Position numbers and translations under genes: made by a program. Positions 9,296-15,939 of a stretch of 32,000 nucleotides of DNA are shown here, piece by piece. The notes under the pieces were generated by a model. The model saw only the letters and a program-made list of their open reading frames with translations, searched no databases and was not told the origin of the DNA. Origin of the DNA: Acaryochloris marina MBIC11017 (lineage in GTDB: Bacteria > Cyanobacteriota > Cyanobacteriia > Thermosynechococcales > Thermosynechococcaceae); NCBI RefSeq assembly GCF_000018105.1, contig NC_009925.1:5880001-5912000 (forward strand), written 5' to 3'. Position 1 is the first letter of the stretch. Each line of letters opens with the position of its first letter.

Positions 9296-9453
9296 GCTTT
9301 GGTAATTGATGCAGGGTTTTGATGACTACTCCGCTCTTGAAAATCCAGACACACTGTTTGGTGAACACTTGGAAGCTATAGCCCGCCAACTTTAATGCTC
9401 ATCACCGGATAGCAAAACTAGCTAAAGCGATGGAAATGGCGAATCAGGATAAT

Positions 9454-9927
9454 TCAGCTTCTAGCTAGAAGTTGGTCAATCTGAACGAGCGCTTCTTCCA
9501 ATTGGCTGACGATAGAGCGGGTAATCATCAACCCTCCTTCAACTAGTACGGTGCCATTGAGTGGATGGAGAATTGGTTGTTGTACCCTTTTACCTATCAG
9601 AGCATCGAGATCTTCAATCTCACTGAGATACATACCCGCAGGCAGCTCTACGACAACACCTTCTCCAAGAACTCTGGCTTGGCAGGCCAAGCGAGAATTA
9701 TCCTGGCAATTTGAGAGCAGCTCTAGGGTTTTTAGCTCTCTCTTACTTTTAGGTGACAAGCTCTCCGTACCAGACTGGATATACACATGACAGGTACTAC
9801 AACGCCCCCGACCACCACAACTCCAATTAACATTTAATTCCTGCTGGAGCAACATGGACAGCAAGTTTTCATTGGTTTTGACGGAAACCTCATGATCGAT
9901 GGGCTCCAACTGAATTTGTTTAGGCAT
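9454..9927 (-). CDS. 2Fe-2S ferredoxin-like protein with a ~60-aa C-terminal extension (copy A)
   Basis: Cys pattern C37-x5-C43-x2-C46-x35-C82 (CGGRGRCSTCH ... RLACQ). Paralogous over its full length to 11534-12016. Start set at ATG 9927 (MPKQIQLEPI) by alignment with the paralog; the track start 9999 would overlap the upstream gene. Confidence 0.8.
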   Translation of the reverse strand: MPKQIQLEPIDHEVSVKTNENLLSMLLQQELNVNWSCGGRGRCSTCHVYIQSGTESLSPKSKRELKTLELLSNCQDNSRLACQARVLGEGVVVELPAGMYLSEIEDLDALIGKRVQQPILHPLNGTVLVEGGLMITRSIVSQLEEALVQIDQLLARS

Positions 9928-9979
9928 GATGGATGAACGTGTAGGCGATTTATGCAGACAGGAACGACTTAATCTTGGC

Positions 9980-10996
9980 TTAGCCGAAGAGATTTTCAAC
10001 TAACATGGGGTCGTCAGATTCTTCGTTGCTCATGGTCTCAGAGACAAGGTCATGAAGATTCAAGCTGACTTCACGAGCTTTCTCATACTGGTCAAGCTGA
10101 CCTGCCTCAAAAAAGAGCTTTGCTGCAACATGCAAGTCATCAACGGCACGTTGTTTTTGACCTAACTCAGATGCCATGATCCCTCGTTCAAAATAGGCCT
10201 CCGCATAAGAGGGTTTCAGTTGGATCGCCCTTGAAAAATCGTTCATCACCGTTTCTTGGTCTTCATTGCGTTGCAGGCGTTTTCGAATTACCCCGCGCTG
10301 ATAGAAACTTTCTGCAACGTTTGGCTCGTCAGAAATGGCCTGGGTAAGTGTATCAATTGCACGTAGAGTTTCCAGGAGTTCTTGAACACCCTTCGTTTGG
10401 GCTGCTATGAGTTGGGATTGATTCTGTTGAGTCTCAACTTGATTACTCAGATCCAATGTCGTTGATTGAAGGAGTGCGATTGCATTATGAAGATCTTCCA
10501 TTTTGGAGGACAGGTCGTCGAACTGAGTGACTGCTGAGCGTTGTTGCTCGCTCAACGCAGCTAGCGATGAATGATTTTGATCTTGAAGTTGGTTGAGACT
10601 GCTAATTTCCTCTCCCATTTGTGTAGTACGAGTGGTCAACCCTTGAAGAGCCTCTGAGGCTTGGGTATCTTGCTCATGTAATTCGTCTAACTTCAATTGA
10701 AGTTGTTCATTATTCTGCTGAGCCTCAGACAGCTCATTTCTCATGGAGTCAGTGTTTTGTTGAATCAAAAGGGATACTTCAACCCGCTGTTGTTCCAGCA
10801 TCTTCCCCGTTTGACGACGACGGTTAGCCAAGTTGATGGTCGCAGTCAGCGATAGGGGAATCATAACCATTGCAATTTGCTGTGACACTACAGCAGCAAC
10901 GGTTCCCCCAATGGAGGACACCACAGCTAGAGTTTCCGCAAGATCAAGCCAGTGAGATGTTTTTGTTCTTCCGTTCGTTTCTTTTGGCGACTGCAT
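9980..10996 (-). CDS. Membrane-anchored coiled-coil / TPR-repeat protein
   Basis: N-terminal hydrophobic segments (LAVVSSIGGTVAAVV, MVMIPLSLTATINLA). A ~170-aa Q/E/L-rich heptad region. C-terminal TPR-like repeats (AESFYQRG..., YAEAYFERG...). Confidence 0.65.
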   Translation of the reverse strand: MQSPKETNGRTKTSHWLDLAETLAVVSSIGGTVAAVVSQQIAMVMIPLSLTATINLANRRRQTGKMLEQQRVEVSLLIQQNTDSMRNELSEAQQNNEQLQLKLDELHEQDTQASEALQGLTTRTTQMGEEISSLNQLQDQNHSSLAALSEQQRSAVTQFDDLSSKMEDLHNAIALLQSTTLDLSNQVETQQNQSQLIAAQTKGVQELLETLRAIDTLTQAISDEPNVAESFYQRGVIRKRLQRNEDQETVMNDFSRAIQLKPSYAEAYFERGIMASELGQKQRAVDDLHVAAKLFFEAGQLDQYEKAREVSLNLHDLVSETMSNEESDDPMLVENLFG

Positions 10997-11042
10997 AATT
11001 GAGATACCCTTAAAAATTATTTGATAAAAATTTGATTACGAA

Positions 11043-11510
11043 TTAGCTTAATAAAGCCTGATTTAGATGAAGTGCTGGCATCATCAAATCTGTTTCTTCA
11101 GCGGAAAGATGCCCTCTTAAAACCTCTGGCATCTCCCTCCAAGTTAATGTAGAGGCCTGTTCATCCTTGACGGCTCGAACAATAGTGCGCTGCCACAGGA
11201 GAAGTCCATCCCTGAGTCGATCCAGGTCATTAAAGAGCATGGCGGTTGCGGCATACCGCAAGGTATTTTTCCGATCCCGACGACAGGTTTCTGAGTAGTC
11301 TTTGGGGCCTTTACAAAACACTTGCGGTTCAATATCCGTTAGTTGAACCTCAGAGTCGTCCATAATGGCGTCTTCAGCATCCCGAATCTTTTCATAGCCA
11401 CTGATGCGCTGGCCAACGTCTTGAAGATAAGACTTTACGCAAGCTAACTCGGCATCAGTGGCATACCGTCCATCGGCCTCAAGGCTAATGCGCTTTAGTT
11501 GTGACAACAT
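11043..11510 (-). CDS. Phycobiliprotein-fold (Pfam Phycobilisome family) protein, copy B; retains a Cys-x-Arg-Asp bilin-site-like signature
   Basis: SLEADGRYATDAEL resembles the phycobiliprotein N-terminal AD-x-GRYL-x3-EL motif. TCRRDRKNTLRYAATAM resembles KCARDIGYYLRMVTY around Cys84. GGGGGAA lies upstream of the ATG. Confidence 0.7.
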   Translation of the reverse strand: MLSQLKRISLEADGRYATDAELACVKSYLQDVGQRISGYEKIRDAEDAIMDDSEVQLTDIEPQVFCKGPKDYSETCRRDRKNTLRYAATAMLFNDLDRLRDGLLLWQRTIVRAVKDEQASTLTWREMPEVLRGHLSAEETDLMMPALHLNQALLS

Positions 11511-11533
11511 AATTCCCCCAATATTGATCTGGA

Positions 11534-12016
11534 TTAAACAAGTTTTGAATGGGCTAAATGGGTGACCACATCACTACGAGTCACCTCCAATTGGCTAATC
11601 ATGGAGCGGGTAATTAATTTCCCTTTTTCGACTAAGATGCGACCATCCAGTGGGTGAAGGATGTTTTCGTCTGCTCGTCGGCCGACTAAGCTCTCAATCT
11701 CATTCATATCGCCCAGATACATCCCCGCAGGAACCTCAACCACGACCCCATTGCCCAGAACTCGACATTGGCAAGCTAGTCGAGAAGTTATGGTACTGGT
11801 GGTAATTGCCCCCAGCGTTCGCTGTTCACGACGGCTAATGGGCGACAACTGCTCCATCCCTTCCGTGATGAAGATATGGCAGGTTGCACACATGCCCCGC
11901 CCCCCGCATTCTTGCAGAACTGTCAGCTCATTTTTAAGTAAGGCTGAGAGCACATGATCGTTGGTGGTGACACTGGTTTCTTGACCGAGGGGGTCTAGCC
12001 TAACTATCTTCGCCAT
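11534..12016 (-). CDS. 2Fe-2S ferredoxin-like protein with a ~60-aa C-terminal extension (copy B)
   Basis: CGGRGMCATCH ... RLACQ, with the same C-x5-C-x2-C-x35-C spacing as copy A. Shared extension motif ILHPL-G-x-LVE-G-x-ITRS-x-SQLE. GGAG lies upstream of the ATG. Confidence 0.8.
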   Translation of the reverse strand: MAKIVRLDPLGQETSVTTNDHVLSALLKNELTVLQECGGRGMCATCHIFITEGMEQLSPISRREQRTLGAITTSTITSRLACQCRVLGNGVVVEVPAGMYLGDMNEIESLVGRRADENILHPLDGRILVEKGKLITRSMISQLEVTRSDVVTHLAHSKLV

Positions 12017-12076
12017 TGCTCCATACTCCGAGATTGATGTTTCATCAGTATTGACATCCTCTGGTCTGGATAACGT

Positions 12077-12754
12077 CTAAGAAGCTACAGTTCCAGGTTG
12101 AGCGGTACACAACCGAGCCAGAATGGTGTCATGGTCTTGTGCTTCCGCTAACCAGGCTTGTGCCACTTTGACTCGTTCCGGCAATCCCAGAATGAAATAG
12201 TTCCATTCAGCCTGCATCGACTCGCAGGATGTTTGCACACCGTCCAACTCTCGACCGGTCAGTTGGCTGAAAAAGGCACTCAGTAGCCCCACTTCAATAA
12301 GGCATGAGGGACGGTCTTGCACATTCCTCGTTTTGGCAAAAGCAGAATATTGGGTCTTAACGACTAAGAACCCCTGTGAATAAGCTCCAAAATCAAAATC
12401 GATAAGGCCCCAACCATAGGTTTTCCAGCACTCCTTGAGGGATTGCAGAAATTCCACCATTTCCATTTCAGCTAGCGTTTTGCCATAGTATTGGCTGACC
12501 TCTGAGGTGAACCGTCGATAAAAATTCTTTCCCCACCAACGACCACATTGCTTTAAGACCACATCAGCAGCAGGTCCCACCTCATGCTCCAGGCTTTGAT
12601 TCAATGCGTTTAAAAACGTCTCAGGGAGGGCGATGAGTCGTGCCCCTTCCCGATTTTCAATTAGGCCTAACTCTGTATCTCCCTGGACATAGTGCTCAGG
12701 GGCAAAATAATTGCCTGGGATATGTTGATTGATTAATTTCTCAGCAGCTAACAT
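12077..12754 (-). CDS. V4R-domain (4-vinyl-reductase-type small-molecule-binding) protein, copy B
   Basis: 225 aa, paralogous to 13635-14351. C-terminal block CLIEVGLLSAFFSQLTGRELDGVQTSCE corresponds to the V4R core, but the distal Cys residues are lost. Confidence 0.6.
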   Translation of the reverse strand: MLAAEKLINQHIPGNYFAPEHYVQGDTELGLIENREGARLIALPETFLNALNQSLEHEVGPAADVVLKQCGRWWGKNFYRRFTSEVSQYYGKTLAEMEMVEFLQSLKECWKTYGWGLIDFDFGAYSQGFLVVKTQYSAFAKTRNVQDRPSCLIEVGLLSAFFSQLTGRELDGVQTSCESMQAEWNYFILGLPERVKVAQAWLAEAQDHDTILARLCTAQPGTVAS

Positions 12755-12773
12755 GTGATTTTTTCTCTAACCC

Positions 12774-13262
12774 TTATGCCATAACGACTAATTCACGGTT
12801 TTTATCTATGCTCACCAAGTGGGTGTCTATGCGTTGAATAAAGGGCTCTAGCAATACCAGTTGCTCTTCATTCAAGATGGAGCGCAAACATTGTTTGAGA
12901 AATAGACAAATATTGTGGTTAATCGCATTTAGGTCATCCCTCCTCAAAATTTCTGCATAGAACTTAAGCTGATTCTCTAGATAGTCGGGCTGATCCATCA
13001 GCATTGCCATGGCAGCGTATCTGAGCACCGAAATCCAACGAGTCAACATTTGTTCTAAGGTCGCTTGAGGAATGTTGGATGCCTCTTTTTGTAGTTGATG
13101 AGCCACGACTTGGAATATGGTTAACTCCTGATCCCGCAGGGCTTCATAGAGTGTGAGTCGGTCTTGTAAGGCCCCCACCTGTTGCTTAAATTGATTCATT
13201 TCAGTGGGTTGTAGATAATGATCCTCTGCTGTCCGCAGTAGATCTTCAAATTTAGATTGCAT
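12774..13262 (-). CDS. Phycobiliprotein-fold protein, copy A; lacks the bilin-site Cys
   Basis: TAEDHYLQPTEM and VLRYAAMAMLMDQPDYL align with copy B and with the phycobiliprotein helices. Start set at ATG 13262 (MQSKFEDLL), preceded by GAGGG; track start 13274 is TTG. Confidence 0.6.
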   Translation of the reverse strand: MQSKFEDLLRTAEDHYLQPTEMNQFKQQVGALQDRLTLYEALRDQELTIFQVVAHQLQKEASNIPQATLEQMLTRWISVLRYAAMAMLMDQPDYLENQLKFYAEILRRDDLNAINHNICLFLKQCLRSILNEEQLVLLEPFIQRIDTHLVSIDKNRELVVMA

Positions 13263-13299
13263 AGCTACCCTCAAAAAAGTTCAGAGAAATCATGGAGCT

Positions 13300-13638
13300 T
13301 TAATTCATCTCCCTCAGCATTTGGAAACAAATTGACTGGGATGGGAGAAACGGTGATGAGGGGTGACCTCCCCAAGCGAAGAATTGAAAGAAATCTGTCA
13401 CGGATAACCGTGTGGAGAACTCCTTTGACCTGGAGTGAACCCGTGATTCCTTAGTAGGCTGCCCAGTCCAGTTCAATTGGCTGAAAAATGTTTGTACAGA
13501 TTGTCGCGGCCAAGATTTTTGAAGGTTGCTAGGGGTGGAGTGGTTAGCAGATCCAGAAACTTGTTGCTGACCTGACCAATTACATGTGCCTAGAAACTGA
13601 CCAACCGTTAAAGATCGCCACGATATAGAGGTACTCAT
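13300..13638 (-). CDS. Hypothetical protein with three tandem ~34-aa repeats
   Basis: Repeats LTVGQFLGTCNWSGQQ / QSVQTFFSQLNWTGQP / LSVTDFFQFFAWGGHP. The ATG overlaps the upstream V4R stop as ATGA (13635-13638), implying translational coupling. Confidence 0.55.
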   Translation of the reverse strand: MSTSISWRSLTVGQFLGTCNWSGQQQVSGSANHSTPSNLQKSWPRQSVQTFFSQLNWTGQPTKESRVHSRSKEFSTRLSVTDFFQFFAWGGHPSSPFLPSQSICFQMLREMN

Positions 13639-14351
13639 GCTAAGTATTCTCCATCCCGCAAACGAGTAGCGATATCCTTGGCATTTGCCCCTTCGTTCTG
13701 CCAGAAGGTAGCCGCGTCAATTCGATTCTTCTTACCCAGTAAGAATTTGCAGTAGGTTTCACCCATGGCATAGCATTGCGTTTCAATGCAACTCAACTTC
13801 TTTTGAGTGAGTTGACTAAAGAACCCTGCAAATAACCCCGCATAAATATGGCAAACAGGCTTGCCGACATCTCCAAGGGTGCGAGCCACAGCAGAATCAA
13901 AGATATTGATGAACATGAAGCCATTGGTTTGGTCTTCAAGATCCACTTCCCAATTCCCCCATCCTTGACTTGTAAAGGGCCACCACCATGCTTCTAATGC
14001 AAGGGAGGGACGTGCCATTCTTACAGGTTTTTGAAATTGCTGTTCAAACCAGCCCTGAAAAAAGGCCGCATCTTGCTTACCCCATTCATGGCCGATGTTA
14101 TACATCACCACAGAGGAAGCCGATCCCACTTCCTGTTCTAAGCCATTGATCAGCGCAACAATGAAGTCTTCACTGGCCAAGATATTGCGTGAGTCATGCC
14201 AGTCCTCAATCGTGCCGTCAGAGCGATTGAAGGTAAAGAAATCCTCAAAGCGATAGTGATTGAGCTTCTGAGGGAATAATTCTTTAGAAGAATATTGTTT
14301 TTGAATGCAGTTTGAGGGCGCACTACTCAATTCTGCTGGTGCAAGAACCAT
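13635..14351 (-). CDS. V4R-domain protein, copy A
   Basis: 238 aa. C-terminal V4R-like core VCHIYAGLFAGFFSQLTQKKLSCIETQCYAMGETYCKFLLG, with the Cys pattern typical of V4R/BchJ-type domains. First gene of the operon. Confidence 0.65.
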   Translation of the reverse strand: MVLAPAELSSAPSNCIQKQYSSKELFPQKLNHYRFEDFFTFNRSDGTIEDWHDSRNILASEDFIVALINGLEQEVGSASSVVMYNIGHEWGKQDAAFFQGWFEQQFQKPVRMARPSLALEAWWWPFTSQGWGNWEVDLEDQTNGFMFINIFDSAVARTLGDVGKPVCHIYAGLFAGFFSQLTQKKLSCIETQCYAMGETYCKFLLGKKNRIDAATFWQNEGANAKDIATRLRDGEYLA

Positions 14352-15369
14352 AGAGAATAACCTTTTATAATGAAAATATTACGGGAATAAAAATATTGCG
14401 ATTACGGTTGAACGCTAAACAGTAGAAATTATAGATAAGCGGCTAACATTCGCTATTATCCTTAGCAAATCAACCTGCAAATATCAGTTTTATTTACTGC
14501 TTTAACCATTGAGTTAAAACAGCTCAAAGATTGTCGAACAATCAGTATTATTCCTAAATGATAATTCTGATAAAAGCTGATAAAATCAGCAATTCCACTT
14601 ATTTATATTTCTTTACAAAATAGCATGAAAGTAAGATGTTTGTATTTAAGAAATATTGACTATTTCAGAATAAAATCATTCTCTCTGGCCATTATTTTTC
14701 TTTGAATATCGCTTTATTTGTAAATTCGCCTGTTTTTATCTAGAAATCTTATTTATTTCCTTGTTGCAATGATTTAGACAATTACAGTAAATCCAATATC
14801 TCTGGCACATCAAAAGGATTTTAAGATTTTTTATATAGAGCCATCGAATACAAGTAGTTCAAGATACAATTGTTAGCCTTGTTTCTCCGTAAAATTACGG
14901 ATAGATTCACCACAAAATGCGGTAGACGCGAGGGCGATATGGCCCAAATTTCTTAAATCCTTAAAGTGGAACTCAATGGTCAATGGCTACAGCACTGTTT
15001 CCCTCAAACCAGTACAGGGTAGAAAACACGAAAAAAATTACGGATTGCACTAAACATTTGTCAAAAATAGATTGGCAAATGCATCTCATCCAGATGAATC
15101 ACCATACTTATTGCTTGTGTTCCTGAGTATGATCACAGGAGAAATACTAATATTCCTACAATAATTGCATAAAAATAAAATATAGTTCATTGGATGGAAT
15201 AATCAAATATAGGCATTAGATGAAGCTAAATCACTCTCACCCCCAAATAAAGGTCAGGGATAATACGGTTTAATTAACTCTGAGAACAAAATAAAATCAG
15301 TAGTGAGGAATATCTATAAAGCTTTCCTCATATTACTGATGCAAGTTCCCCTGATTAATCTGAGTTCTA
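14352..15369. promoter_or_regulatory. 1-kb AT-rich non-coding spacer between the divergent V4R operon and the 105-aa gene; carries four ATTACGG heptamers
   Basis: No ORF of 60 aa or more on either strand. ATTACGG at 14378-14384, 14401-14407, 14894-14900 and 15037-15043. Palindrome CCGTAAAATTACGG at 14887-14900. Confidence 0.35.
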
Positions 15370-15687
15370 ATGTTGCAAGTTACTGATATATCCGTTTTTT
15401 TTCAAAAGAATACTTCTGATATTCCAGATGATCATTTCGAGACGCCTAAGAAAATAGCTGTTATTGAGTCCTGGACTGCAATACAAAGGGGAAAGAGTGT
15501 TGTTATCAAAGGAAGACTCCTGGGCCATCCTAATTATCCCGACGGGGTTAAGATGATGACCTCAACAGTCTATCGTTACTTAGCGGGTGATGGTCACGTA
15601 TACATCAAAACTCAAAATTCCCTATATGAGTTGGGTCAACCTCTGAAGACAACTGATTTCCAAAAATTAGAACGAATGACCCAGTAA
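15370..15687 (+). CDS. Small conserved hypothetical protein (paralog of 24420-24776)
   Basis: Shares VIESW-x-I...V[VI]I[KR]GR...HP-x-YP-x-G...G-x-VY-x-T-x-NS-x-YELG-x-P with the second copy. Confidence 0.6.
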   Translation: MLQVTDISVFFQKNTSDIPDDHFETPKKIAVIESWTAIQRGKSVVIKGRLLGHPNYPDGVKMMTSTVYRYLAGDGHVYIKTQNSLYELGQPLKTTDFQKLERMTQ

Positions 15688-15939
15688 GAAATTTCATTCA
15701 TCATTAATGTAGACTACAAAGTTGGTGGCCAAAAGGTCTGAGTTGAAGCAACATAATAGATATTGATTCTTTTATATGTTCTATCAGATAAAACCAACTG
15801 TTGGAACGACTAAATATCGGTGCGTTAGCTCTTGAAAACGAAATAAATTATTTTTCCCAGATTCACAAGTCATCATTAATCTAATAAGGGCTTGCTTCGG
15901 AAGTCTAAGTTCCAATATTTGCAGTGTATCCAAGTGTTG

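Noticed and set aside
9331-9348. Possible attR: CTCCGCTCTTGAAAATCC resembles the tRNA 3' flank CTCCATGCTCGCTTTTGAAAAAAG. It sits in the convergent gap after the repressor gene, where a 5-kb element would end.
   Set aside because: The match needs two 2-nt gaps and has only about 15 aligned identities. att repeats at tRNA genes are normally exact over 16 nt or more. It is too weak to call without a computed alignment or a comparative empty site.
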